Source of the DNA: Desulfobacterales bacterium
GTDB taxonomy: Bacteria > Desulfobacterota > Desulfobacteria > Desulfobacterales > UBA2174
DNA: 64,000 nucleotides
Direction of reading: 5' to 3'
Assembly: GCA_963668645.2 (NCBI GenBank)
Contig: CAXXWC010000003.1
Location: forward strand, 64,001-128,000
Position 1 is the stretch's first letter, and each line of letters opens with the position of its first letter. Shown piece by piece: positions 28,124 to 38,103 of this stretch. The notes beneath the pieces are model-generated. The model did not search any database and had not been told where the DNA came from. It worked only from the letters and a program-made list of their open reading frames with translations. The translations under genes and the position numbers were made by a program.

Positions 28124-29540
28124 ACCACCCGGTCCGTGAGACGTCACACTTCTTGAGCAGGGTGTACAGTCGTGTCCGGCCCAACCCGCTGGTCCGGCAG
28201 GCATCTTTAATGTTGCCCCGGGTACTGGCCATCAATTTGCGCAGATAGGTCCTGTCCGCCGACGCCAGAACATCCTCACGGTAGCGTTTGTACGTCGGCA
28301 GCTCCCGCGACAGGGAATCATCCGTTTGATCCGTTTCGCAGGAATCCCGAATCTGACGGTTTACCGATACTTTTGTCACCTCTATGCGGATATGCCTGGG
28401 CAGGTGGTGGGGGAAAACGACTTTCTCACTCTGGGCATTGCAGATGGACTCTTCCAGCGCATTGATCAGCCCCCGGATGTTTCCCGGCCACTTATAGGAT
28501 TTCAGGGTCTCTAAAAATTCCGCCGAAAGCACCTTGGGGGCCATCTTATAACGGCTGAATATCTGCGCCGCATAGCAAGTGGCCAGCATCTCGATATCCG
28601 CCACCCGCTCGCGCAGCGCCGGAATCTGGATCGATATGCTCCTTAGCCGATACAGCAGATCCTTGCGGTAGAGCCCCCTTTCCACCATCTGTTCCAGATC
28701 GCGGTTGGTGGCGCAGATCAACCGGAAGTTGCTTTTGATCTCTTGTTTGCCGCCGATCGGGCGGAAGCTGCGCTCCTGCAAAACCCTGAGAAAAACCTTC
28801 TGCTGGTTCAGGCTCAGTTCACCGATTTCATCGAGAAACAGCGTGCCACCGTCGGCCTGCTTGACGAGCCCCTCGACATTCTGCTGGGCACCGGTAAAGG
28901 CGCCCTTTTCATAGCCGAAAAGTGAACTTTCGGTCAGACTCTCCGGCAAACTGGCGCAATCGATCACCACGAACGGCTTCGAAGCCCGCGCGCTGTTGAG
29001 GTGAAGCGCTCTCGAAAACAGCTCTTTTCCCGTCCCGGTTTCCCCGACGATCAAAACGTTGGCGTCACTACGGGCCGCCCGCTGGATGGCCCCCAGGCAT
29101 TGCCGCAACGCCGGGCTTTCACCGACGATGCCGTCGCGCCGCATCCCTTCATCGGCCATGGCGCGGGCCTTCAATTTCTTGCGATACGCCAATCCCTGAC
29201 TGATCGGCTGCATGATCCGCTGAGGCGATATCGGTTTGACGATGTAGTCCCAGGCCCCGTGCCGGATGGCCTGCTCGGCGCCTTCCGGGTCACCGGCACC
29301 GGTGATCACGACGATCTCCGGGCTGCAGTCGGCGCTACGGATGGTCTGAATGACATCCAGACCGTTTCCATCGGGCATCTTCACATCCAGCAGGACAAGA
29401 TCGAAGTTGTTGGATTCAACCGCCTTGATACCGCCTTCGAGGGTCAAGGCATATTCGGAACTGTGATTGATGCTCTCCATAAAATCGCAAAGCATCTTGC
29501 ACATGGCCTCGTCGTCGTCAATGATCAGGACATTGCCCAT
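28104..29540 (-). CDS. Sigma-54-dependent response regulator (NtrC-family enhancer-binding protein)
   Basis: Receiver IIDDD/DVKMP; GETGTGKE, GAFTGA, LFLDEIGE; C-terminal HTH. Confidence 0.93.
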   Translation of the reverse strand: MGNVLIIDDDEAMCKMLCDFMESINHSSEYALTLEGGIKAVESNNFDLVLLDVKMPDGNGLDVIQTIRSADCSPEIVVITGAGDPEGAEQAIRHGAWDYIVKPISPQRIMQPISQGLAYRKKLKARAMADEGMRRDGIVGESPALRQCLGAIQRAARSDANVLIVGETGTGKELFSRALHLNSARASKPFVVIDCASLPESLTESSLFGYEKGAFTGAQQNVEGLVKQADGGTLFLDEIGELSLNQQKVFLRVLQERSFRPIGGKQEIKSNFRLICATNRDLEQMVERGLYRKDLLYRLRSISIQIPALRERVADIEMLATCYAAQIFSRYKMAPKVLSAEFLETLKSYKWPGNIRGLINALEESICNAQSEKVVFPHHLPRHIRIEVTKVSVNRQIRDSCETDQTDDSLSRELPTYKRYREDVLASADRTYLRKLMASTRGNIKDACRTSGLGRTRLYTLLKKCDVSRTGWYDDDQQ

Positions 29541-31689
29541 TGCGGTTCTCCAATATATCGGGTTTTGCAAGATACTTTCTGACCGTATCGATCAGGTCGT
29601 AGGCGCCCAGCGGCTTTTTGACAAAGGTGCGCATCCCGGCCGCCGACACGTCCTCGGCCGACAGCCCCGGGCTGTAGCCCGAACACAGCACGATGGATAC
29701 ATCCGGACGGATCGCCAGCATCTTGGAGGCCAGCTCCATCCCCGTGATCTGCGGCATCACCTGGTCGGTGATCACCAGATCGTAGCGCCCGGGATCGCTG
29801 CGGAATATCGCCAGGGCCTCGAATCCGCTGCTGCTCACCCTCACCTCGTAGCCCAACTCGCCCAGGATGTCGCGCGCAAAGTCGGTCTGGTCCCGGTCGT
29901 CGTCCACGAACAGCACCGCCCCGTGGGGCATTGGCGCGGGTAACGGCGCCTTCCTTTCGCTCCCGGAGATATCGCCGGTGTAGCGCGGCAGGTACACCTC
30001 GAACACGCTGCCCGCACCCGGCCGCGTCTCGACCCGAATCGTGCCCCCCAGGTCCCTGACGATCCCGTGAACCACCGAAAGCCCCATCCCCGTGCCCGCC
30101 CCGGCCTTCTTGGTCGTGTAAAACGGCTCGAAAACATGTTCCAGCGTCTCGGGCGTCATCCCGCAGCCCGTGTCGCTCACCCGGATCAGAATGTACGGAC
30201 CGGACCTCGGCTCCAAAATCCGGTATCCCCCGGCCGGCACCGCCCCGGTCTCCGAAAGCCCCACCTCCAGCCGCCCCCCCTTGGCTCCCATCGCCTGGAC
30301 CGCGTTGGCCGCCAGGTTCATCAGCAGCTGATGAATATGGGTCGGATCGGCATACACCGCATCGGCACCGCAACTGTTCGTCTTGACAATCTCGATGGTG
30401 CTCGGAATCCCCGCCCTTAAAAAATCGAGCGTCTCGCGCACGATCGGATTGATGAATACCGGCAGCTTCTCCTGCTCACTGCGCCGGCAGAAGGTCAGAA
30501 TCTGGCGCACCAGTCCCTTGCCCCGGTACGCCGCATTGAGGATGTGCGTCAGCCGCTTTTCGCTGCGACTGCCGGTTTGTGTGTCGAACATCTCCATCAT
30601 CTCGGCATAGCCGATGATCGTGCCCAGCGTGTTGTTGAAATCGTGGGCAATGCCGCCGGCAAACGTGCCCAGCGCCTCCATCTTCTGCGTCTGCAACAGC
30701 CGGTGTTCCATCTTCCGGCGCTCGCACAGCTCGTCTTCAAGCTGACGCGTGCGCTGCGATACCCGCCGCTTCAACACGCGGTTCCAGACTACGGCAAAGG
30801 CATTTGCCGCCACCAAAATAAAACCGCAGGCTGAAAGCCAGTACCAGAATTCTTTCCTGAAGTATAAAAAATTCCGGTCCAGATGAATCCATTTATTGTG
30901 GATTTCCTGGTGTTCTTTTTCCGTAATCTGTGAAAGTCCCTTTTCAATGATTTTATACAGGGTCAACAAGTCTTTCCTGGTGGAAAAACAAAGCTGAATC
31001 GGCTTCCCGATGGTGCCGGCCATCCGTAGGTTTGTAAACCCCTCTTTTTCGATTATATACGAAGCGGTCGCCAGATTACAGATCATAACATCGGACTGGT
31101 GAAAGGCGACCTTTCGCAACCCTTCCAGATCGCTGAATACCGTATCAAGATCGATTTCAGGATGCTTGTCTTTCAAAAGCGTGTGGACATCTCCGCCGTT
31201 GACCGCGGTGACCATAAGCCCCGTCAGATCGCTGAAAGACATGTATTTCCGGGTTCCTTTTCTGACAATGATGGCATTAGGAAGCTCGATATATGGGGAA
31301 GAGAAGAAACGTTCCGGATCCCCATCGTTCGAGTTTTTAAAATCACATTTTACATTGATTTTATCAAAAATTGAATCAAACCAATTGGTTGATCCACGAG
31401 CAAACCTTCTATCAAACGCAATGCCTGTTTTTTGTTCAATCAGTGAAATGTATTCACTCGAAATTCCGATCCAATTCCCTGCCCCGTCAAAGAACCCGAT
31501 CGGAGGCGGGGCATCGCAAATCCCGATGGTGATTTTTCCACTATTTTCACTTATCCACTGCCGCTCTTCAGCGGTCAGCAGTGGCATACGACTGGGGAAA
31601 ATAAAGGATATGGTGGATAATGCACAGAGCGGCAAGACAATGCAGATAAGAACACCGAAAATAAAGGGAAGACGTTTTTTCGTTTTCAT
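29518..31689 (-). CDS. Hybrid sensor histidine kinase/receiver with periplasmic family-3 solute-binding sensor (HK2)
   Basis: Same architecture as HK1; start uncertain (31689 or 31746); sensor half visibly AT-richer. Confidence 0.9.
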   Translation of the reverse strand: MKTKKRLPFIFGVLICIVLPLCALSTISFIFPSRMPLLTAEERQWISENSGKITIGICDAPPPIGFFDGAGNWIGISSEYISLIEQKTGIAFDRRFARGSTNWFDSIFDKINVKCDFKNSNDGDPERFFSSPYIELPNAIIVRKGTRKYMSFSDLTGLMVTAVNGGDVHTLLKDKHPEIDLDTVFSDLEGLRKVAFHQSDVMICNLATASYIIEKEGFTNLRMAGTIGKPIQLCFSTRKDLLTLYKIIEKGLSQITEKEHQEIHNKWIHLDRNFLYFRKEFWYWLSACGFILVAANAFAVVWNRVLKRRVSQRTRQLEDELCERRKMEHRLLQTQKMEALGTFAGGIAHDFNNTLGTIIGYAEMMEMFDTQTGSRSEKRLTHILNAAYRGKGLVRQILTFCRRSEQEKLPVFINPIVRETLDFLRAGIPSTIEIVKTNSCGADAVYADPTHIHQLLMNLAANAVQAMGAKGGRLEVGLSETGAVPAGGYRILEPRSGPYILIRVSDTGCGMTPETLEHVFEPFYTTKKAGAGTGMGLSVVHGIVRDLGGTIRVETRPGAGSVFEVYLPRYTGDISGSERKAPLPAPMPHGAVLFVDDDRDQTDFARDILGELGYEVRVSSSGFEALAIFRSDPGRYDLVITDQVMPQITGMELASKMLAIRPDVSIVLCSGYSPGLSAEDVSAAGMRTFVKKPLGAYDLIDTVRKYLAKPDILENRNGQCPDH
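29572..30786. repeat. Copy 2 of ~1.2-kb near-identical kinase/receiver segment
   Basis: See copy 1; differences cluster in the kinase-receiver linker. Confidence 0.92.
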
Positions 31690-31825
31690 CGGGCAACAGC
31701 AATAATAAGTGTCGCGATTTTTAATAATTATGCCTTTACTATCCAATCACTGTCAACAGCGATTGTGCCTGCTGTCTGCTCCCTTCCCGCAATCCGAAAA
31801 AGTTTTAGGCCAGTGTAATAAGAAT

Positions 31826-31868
31826 GCACGCCATCCCCCTGAATTCGGTTTTCAGGGGGATGGCGTGC
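31826..31868 (-). terminator. Intrinsic terminator after the symporter gene
   Basis: Perfect 18-bp stem GCACGCCATCCCCCTGAA / TTCAGGGGGATGGCGTGC followed by ATTCTTATT on the minus strand. Confidence 0.75.
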
Positions 31869-31905
31869 CGTACAAGGGACGATTGGGCACTACGATGATG
31901 CTTGG

Positions 31906-33270
31906 CTAGTACACCGGCTTGCCCCAGAGCCGGAACACCTTGAGCAGAATCAAACAGCCCAAGGCGGTGGCGGCCTCAACCCCTATCAAGGCCGCAACGC
32001 TCAACGTGGTCGGCGCCGGGACGCCGCCGACCAGGAAAATGAGATGGGTCGCGGTGAAGGTGGCAATCAGGTTCATCAACCCGACTTCCATGGCCACCGG
32101 TGTTTTGAATTCCGGATCGACGATCCGCAGCAAGAGCAGCCCGCTGGCGGCCGTTCCGGTGCAGTAGCCGAACAGGGCCACCATCCGTTCAAAACTGAAG
32201 TCGGCGATGCGACGGCCGAAATACATGATGATGATCAGCGTCAGAATGGCCACCACGACACAGACCAGGGTGAGCTGGACGATGTAGGTCAACACGACCG
32301 TCAGCTTGACGGCCATCATGGTGGCCACGATGAGAAAATCGACCGTGGTGCCGGTCACCCGCCGCTGCACGTTATCGTCGATCAGATAGGCAATCTTGAG
32401 TTTGCCCATGACAAAGCGCACCACCATCGCCACGAGCAGCCCCCAGAAAAAGATGAACCCGAAGGCCATCGCCTGCATGGGACCTTTGAACAGATAGGTC
32501 TTGAGCAGGTAGCACACGATGTAGGCCAACCCGTAGGTCAGCCCCAGGATCGCCATGTGGATGGCCATCGTATCCACATTGGCCGGATGGGTGGTCAGTT
32601 TCCCGGCGCTGTGGGACGTGTTGCGATCCAGGATGCCGGTGAGAAACTCGTTGGGCAGATCCTTGGGCGCGTTGGTGGCGTATCCCTTGCGCACCCCCCA
32701 GTTGGCCAGCGGGACGCCGACAAAGGCCGCCACGAAAAAGCCGGCGGCCGCAAAACTCAGGCCGATGCTGATCGCATCGGGGATCTTGAAGGTGTTCTGC
32801 CATACACTGGCGATGGCCAGGGTCTGGCCGGGCCCCTGGGTGTAGCCGTGACCGACGAGAAACCCGAGACCGGCATAGATCGGATCGAGAACCTGGTTGA
32901 TCCCCATCACGACCCCGGCCCCGGCGATGGACTGGACACACAGCGAGACCGTCCAGACCAGGCCCATCCAGACCGAGCCCTTCAAAACGGTCTTGCCCAG
33001 GCCCTTCATGTTGCCGCCGCCGGTCAGACCGACCGAGACGAACCCGATGCTGAACAGGTGAAAGGCGATCAAGGCGAAGATGTTGTAACCGACCTTGATC
33101 CAGCCCAGGCTCATGACGACAAAACCGAGCACGCCGCCGATGAGGCAGGCCGGGAAAAGAAATTTCTGGAAAAATTTGATGCGCGCCCGCAGAAAAGTGC
33201 CGAGCAGCATAAAGCCCGACATCCAGGCAAAGGCGATCAACAGCGGCATAAATGACGCTTCAAGATTCAT
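31906..33270 (-). CDS. Sodium:glutamate symporter family (GltS-like) transporter
   Basis: Polytopic; LRARIKFFQKFLFPACLIGG, GYTQGPGQ, FGYCTGTAASGLLLLRIVDP. Confidence 0.82.
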   Translation of the reverse strand: MNLEASFMPLLIAFAWMSGFMLLGTFLRARIKFFQKFLFPACLIGGVLGFVVMSLGWIKVGYNIFALIAFHLFSIGFVSVGLTGGGNMKGLGKTVLKGSVWMGLVWTVSLCVQSIAGAGVVMGINQVLDPIYAGLGFLVGHGYTQGPGQTLAIASVWQNTFKIPDAISIGLSFAAAGFFVAAFVGVPLANWGVRKGYATNAPKDLPNEFLTGILDRNTSHSAGKLTTHPANVDTMAIHMAILGLTYGLAYIVCYLLKTYLFKGPMQAMAFGFIFFWGLLVAMVVRFVMGKLKIAYLIDDNVQRRVTGTTVDFLIVATMMAVKLTVVLTYIVQLTLVCVVVAILTLIIIMYFGRRIADFSFERMVALFGYCTGTAASGLLLLRIVDPEFKTPVAMEVGLMNLIATFTATHLIFLVGGVPAPTTLSVAALIGVEAATALGCLILLKVFRLWGKPVY

Positions 33271-33346
33271 GAAAGGTTCCTTTTTGTTTTGAGTGACACC
33301 CGCCGGAGCGGCCCCGTGCTGCGGCCGCTCCGTAAGAGGGTCGGAT

Positions 33347-34957
33347 TCAGTCCACCCGATGGACGGTTTTCCCGCCCATCACGGTTTGAAGCACCTGAAT
33401 GTCCTTGATTCGCTCGGGTTCCACCGTGAGCGGATTGTCGGAAAGAAGGGCGAAATCGGCCAGTTTGCCAGGTTCGATGGATCCCTTGAGGTGCTCTTCG
33501 AAGCTGCAAAAGGCCGCATCGCAGGTGTAGGCCCGCAGGGCCTCCAGGGGGCTGATGCGCTGATCCGGGCCCAGCAGGTAGCCTTCGCGGGTGATCCGGT
33601 TGACGGCGCAGTACATCGAAAACAGCGGACTGGGGGGCGTAACCGGGTTGTCGGAGTGCAGGGTAAACTTCAGTCCCTGGTCCAGCGACGATTTCAGCGG
33701 GCTGATCCGCTCGGCCCGCTGCGGGCCGAGGAAGAGCTTGCGATGGCGATCGCCCCAGTAGTAGACGTGGCTGACGAAGTAGCTCGGCACCGCTCCGAGT
33801 TTTTTCATCCGGCGGATGTGATCTTCGCTGGCCGTCTGGCAGTGGATGATCATGTGACGGTGATCGGCGTGGTAAAATTCGTCCTGGGCGCGTTCCAGGG
33901 CGGTGATCACCGACTCGATGGCCGCATCCCCGTTGGCGTGGATGGCGATCTGCTGCCCGTTGCGGTGGGCCTGCGCCAACTGTTGGTCCAGGGTCGCCTG
34001 GGGCACGATCAGTGCCCCTTTCCAGCCGGGCTTGTTGTAGTAGTCATCTTTCAGTGCCCCGGTGAGTCCCTGGATGGAGCCGTCCTGAAAGTACTTGACC
34101 GATCCGATGCGCAGGATTTCGTCCCCGCTGCCGGTGCCGAAACCGAGCTTCTCGATGGCGTTGAACAGCTCGGCCATGATGGTCATGTAGACCCGCACGG
34201 TAAACTTTCCCTCCCGGGCCAGTTCCCGATAGGCGCGAATCAGGCGCGGCCCGTGGCCGTCATGACCGATGGCTGCATCGTGCACACTGGTGATCCCGTC
34301 GGCGTTGTAGCGGGCCATTTCCCGCACAAAGGCGGACTTCATCTGATTGAGGCCGAACGCCGGCACATGCTTGATGACGCTCTTGATGGCCATCTCCTTG
34401 AACAGCCCGGTGGGATTGCCCTGAGCGTCCTTGTCGATTTCACCGTCGGGCGGCTGGGGGGTGTCGCGGTCGATCCCTGCGATGGCCAGAGCCCGGGAAT
34501 TGACATAGGCCAGGTGGGCGCTGATATGCATGATGATCACCGGCAGGTCGGGGCAGGCCGCATCCAGATCCTGGACCGTCAGGTGCCGCTTTTCGGCCAC
34601 CGCCGTATCGTCGTAGTCGAAGCCCCAGACCCACTGATCCGCGGCCGTTTGGACCGCCCGGGCGCGCACGCTCTCGATGACATCGGGGATGGAAGGGCAG
34701 GCCCGCGCCGAGCAATCGGCCTTCTCGCCGTTCATGGCGGCCCACGACATGTGGCAATGCGTTTCGATGAATCCGGGAACGACGGTCCGCCCTTCGAGGT
34801 CGATCGTTTCCGTATAGTCGTCTGACAGCCGCAGCAGTTCCTCACCGGTGCCCACCGCGATGATCCGGTCGCCGAGGGTCGCCAGGGCCGTAGCCTGGGT
34901 GTCAGCCGGGTCCATCGTCAGCACAAATCCGTTGAAGTAGATCTTTCGGTCATCCAT
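33347..34957 (-). CDS. Amidohydrolase-3 (YtcJ/NfdA-like) metal-dependent hydrolase
   Basis: DLEGRTVVPGFIETHCH, IHANGD, IIHCQ, HSDNP, GSIEPGKLADF. Confidence 0.88.
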   Translation of the reverse strand: MDDRKIYFNGFVLTMDPADTQATALATLGDRIIAVGTGEELLRLSDDYTETIDLEGRTVVPGFIETHCHMSWAAMNGEKADCSARACPSIPDVIESVRARAVQTAADQWVWGFDYDDTAVAEKRHLTVQDLDAACPDLPVIIMHISAHLAYVNSRALAIAGIDRDTPQPPDGEIDKDAQGNPTGLFKEMAIKSVIKHVPAFGLNQMKSAFVREMARYNADGITSVHDAAIGHDGHGPRLIRAYRELAREGKFTVRVYMTIMAELFNAIEKLGFGTGSGDEILRIGSVKYFQDGSIQGLTGALKDDYYNKPGWKGALIVPQATLDQQLAQAHRNGQQIAIHANGDAAIESVITALERAQDEFYHADHRHMIIHCQTASEDHIRRMKKLGAVPSYFVSHVYYWGDRHRKLFLGPQRAERISPLKSSLDQGLKFTLHSDNPVTPPSPLFSMYCAVNRITREGYLLGPDQRISPLEALRAYTCDAAFCSFEEHLKGSIEPGKLADFALLSDNPLTVEPERIKDIQVLQTVMGGKTVHRVD

Positions 34958-35041
34958 GATGGAAAATCCTCTCGGCGGACAGGCCGCAATCGAGTGTGAA
35001 ACCGGTCGGCGCTGTCCACCCTCAAGTGCTGTGATCACGCG

Positions 35042-36340
35042 TTAGAAGTAGAAACCGAAGTCGATTTTAAAGGTCGTGGCCCAGTCGTCGGAACCGGGAA
35101 AATAGGGGTTGGCGTAGTAGGCACCGGCAAACCCGTCGATCCCGCCGCCGCATGTCGGGAAGTTCTTCTGGCGCATGTAATCGATAAAAACCAGAAACTT
35201 GCCGGCCACCAGCATCATGCCCGTGGCGTTCATCTGCGAATCAGGCCAGTCATCGCGGTCCTTGACCATGATGTTGTAGTCGTTGTGGAAGCTGATGTGG
35301 GTGATCGGCCCCAGATCCACAGGCATGGTGTAGGCGATGTTGGCCGTGTAGAGATTGGCCCTGGTGGCGACGTAGAAGATGTCGAGGATGCCGTGGTACA
35401 GGATGGCGTCGTCGGAGGCCCCCTCCTGGTTGTTGGGGTTCAGATCATAGCTGACCGCTTCGAGCTGGATGTTCCACGGTCCGTAGTTGCCGTTGATATG
35501 CCCGCCGACGGCCCACCGGTCGCCGGTCCCTCCGTTATAGTTGTTGTAAATCTGACCCCACATGCCGTAGGCGCCGAACTCGGTGCGGTATCCGGGTTTG
35601 TGGTTCCAGGTATATGTGGCCTTGAGGTTAAACTGGTTCTCCTCTTCGTTGTTTTCCGACCCGGACGTATTGTACATGTTCGCTTTGGTGCCCGTTCCGG
35701 TCCTGTCGCCATTCATCCAGAAGTAGTAGTTGTGGTAGGTGTCGGCATACGACATGCTGGAGATGTCGTAGCTGTACCGGTCGTGGTTGTCGGGCCGCTT
35801 ATACTCGGTCGTCTTGAAAAAGCCGGCCTGTAAAGCCCAGGGTCCGGTCCTGTACTCGTACTTCACGCCGGTGTCGACATCGTTGTTGAAACCCAAATAG
35901 CGGTTGATGCTAGTGCCGATGTTGTGAAAATCGTACGGCTCGATGCCGAAAGGCACCTGGGTGATGCCTAAAGTGAGTTTATGGTTGTTCTTCTTGTAGC
36001 CGAACTCGGCGACCTTGATGTACTGGGTCTTACGCTGCTCAGCGTACTTGGCATTGACGAAGGTGCCGTTGTCAAAGTCGCCCTTGAAGCCGATGGAAAA
36101 CATCGTAAAGTCGAAGGTGCCGTCCCGCTCGTCCCAGGCGCTGTAATGGGCAACTTCCCCGGCGCCGATCAACTTATCCACATGGGTGGCTTTCACGTCG
36201 TTGTAGTCGTAGGTAAAACGAATGTCCCCTGTGAGTTGTATATTATCGTTGATGTTGATGGCGTTGCCGGCGGCAGGAAACACCAGGGCCCAAGCAAAAA
36301 AAACAATTGCAATCCAACTCAAGTTTCTGGCCGATCTCAT
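35042..36340 (-). CDS. Outer-membrane porin-like beta-barrel
   Basis: Signal peptide, Tyr/Gly/Asn-rich amphipathic strands, VPFG motif, C-terminal DFGFYF; RBS GAGGAGG. Confidence 0.78.
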   Translation of the reverse strand: MRSARNLSWIAIVFFAWALVFPAAGNAININDNIQLTGDIRFTYDYNDVKATHVDKLIGAGEVAHYSAWDERDGTFDFTMFSIGFKGDFDNGTFVNAKYAEQRKTQYIKVAEFGYKKNNHKLTLGITQVPFGIEPYDFHNIGTSINRYLGFNNDVDTGVKYEYRTGPWALQAGFFKTTEYKRPDNHDRYSYDISSMSYADTYHNYYFWMNGDRTGTGTKANMYNTSGSENNEEENQFNLKATYTWNHKPGYRTEFGAYGMWGQIYNNYNGGTGDRWAVGGHINGNYGPWNIQLEAVSYDLNPNNQEGASDDAILYHGILDIFYVATRANLYTANIAYTMPVDLGPITHISFHNDYNIMVKDRDDWPDSQMNATGMMLVAGKFLVFIDYMRQKNFPTCGGGIDGFAGAYYANPYFPGSDDWATTFKIDFGFYF

Positions 36341-36441
36341 TGCTGTCCTCCTCACGATTCTCCTTAAAAAATGTTTTGCAGATAGCTGCCTTCGCCGAAG
36401 CATCTGGGCCACAACTGCAGCAGATGCCGATGCGGTGCCTG

Positions 36442-36457
36442 TACAAATTGTGTGCCA
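36442..36457 (-). promoter_or_regulatory. Sigma-54 (-24/-12) promoter of the porin operon
   Basis: TGGCACACAATTTGTA on the minus strand, correct GG-N10-G spacing, ~100 bp upstream of the porin ATG. Confidence 0.65.
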
Positions 36458-36698
36458 TGTTCCGGCCGCAAGCCGGCTCGAAGGGACGGCCAACCGTTGC
36501 GAACCGATGCGCCGGACAGAGGACCACGAAGGGGGCACGGGGGACGCTTTTCGGAAATATCAAATTAAATTATGGCGCTTTCCGCCCCTGGCGACACAGA
36601 CCGCCACCGGCCGGTTGGCGCCCTGCCGCGAAGACAAGCGGAAAGTTGAAAAATGACGATCCGGCCGGATGCAGGTTGGGCCATTGGGTTGCGGTTGG

Positions 36699-36757
36699 AT
36701 TCGCTAAAAACGGACGAACGTCCACATAAAACGAACGCCCGTCCGATAATAGCGAAC
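36699..36757. promoter_or_regulatory. Three phased 17-bp imperfect palindromes (putative upstream activator sites)
   Basis: ATTCGCTAAAAACGGAC (36699), GTCCACATAAAACGAAC (36720), GTCCGATAATAGCGAAC (36741): exact 21-bp spacing. Confidence 0.65.
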
Positions 36758-37030
36758 CGCCGGCCAACACCTCCGGTAAAGACAGCGGTATAAAAACAGG
36801 AAAAAGCGCAGGCGGGATTGAAAAACACAAAAGGGTTGAGCGCGGACATTCACGCTACAGCCCAAAACCAGCACCTATCTTTTTTAGTGATGTCGAAAAA
36901 AGGAACACAGGCTCGCAGGCCCAAAAATGCGCCCCACAGGACAATCGGCCGGGAACCGTGAGGGCACACCGGCCGAGGTCAACGGGCTCTGCCGGTCCGT
37001 CCCCTCTGGCAACGGTCCGGCGACCGGTTA

Positions 37031-37549
37031 TCACCAGTCGTTCTGGGCCCTGGCATTCTTCAACTGCTTGACGATCCGGTCTCCGAAATTCAACAATTCT
37101 GCCTTGATCGCATCGAGATCGCCCCTGGTGACCGGAGGCGACATCTGATCCTGTTGATAGTAAACCCCAGGATCCTTTTCCGGGCAGAAAATTTTCAACT
37201 CATTGAAAATCAGACGAAATTTTTCACTCTTGACATCCAGCCGCATCGTGAAGCCGACCTCCCAGTCGTTTTTAGAAATACAACTGAGGCCTTCACAGGG
37301 GTAGCGCACCTTCCCTTTTGCAATCATCACCCCACGGGACCTGTCATCGACTTCGATAACCGCCTTGGGAGACCGCAAATTGTCGGTGATCCAGATCTCG
37401 GCCGCATCGAAGATCTTATCCTTCTCAAATCCGGCGGCGTCGAAGACCTTCATGAAGGATTGATCCTCTCGGCTGACCCGATCCAGGCTGGCGCATCCAC
37501 CGATAAACATAAAAATAACTGCACTTATAACAAGATATCGTTTTGCCAT
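37031..37549 (-). CDS. DUF4468-like lipoprotein
   Basis: Lipobox IGGC; KDKIFD...WI...SPKAVI...GVMIAKG...FTMRLDVKSEKFRLIF pattern. Confidence 0.65.
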   Translation of the reverse strand: MAKRYLVISAVIFMFIGGCASLDRVSREDQSFMKVFDAAGFEKDKIFDAAEIWITDNLRSPKAVIEVDDRSRGVMIAKGKVRYPCEGLSCISKNDWEVGFTMRLDVKSEKFRLIFNELKIFCPEKDPGVYYQQDQMSPPVTRGDLDAIKAELLNFGDRIVKQLKNARAQNDW

Positions 37550-38103
37550 CGATCCCTTCCTTTCACGCTGTCGCTTACCGTCTCTTTTCCACGTCCACGG
37601 ATCGCGAGGGCGACATCTTAAGGCCGCCATGAACGATCAGTGCCACCCATAGATTAAGTATTGACTTAAATTGCTACCAGGCCTCCTTTCCTATGTCAAA
37701 TCCTTTGCATCGCCAATCGTCGCCATTGATCGACGTTTCAATGCGCGGCGCCGTCCGTCTCATCTTTCAGGCAAGCATCTTCCGCGCCACTTCGGTTTAA
37801 TGACTTTCGCTATCCTCAACGTTCGAGCCGGGCGTGAACACGCAAAGGGGAAAATGGGCAGGATCCGGGATGTGCAGATATTGGGTTTCTTGTATAAAAT
37901 GGGCGCACCCGACCCGGTTTAGGCCGGGGCTTGAATATCGGGATCGGTGTGGGCACCTGCCGATATCCGGTCCGCGCGCATGATTACCAGAAACGATTGA
38001 AGTATGTGGCTTTTTTTTATAAGCGGATGTAAAGCGGCGCCGGCGGCCGCAAATCCGGGCGCAGGAACAGCTGCGCCGCACTCGCGGCCAGGTCCGTGGC
38101 AGG

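Noticed and set aside
36699..36757. Mini CRISPR array
   Set aside because: Units are 17 bp, degenerate, with only 4-bp gaps and no cas genes; fits protein-binding sites.
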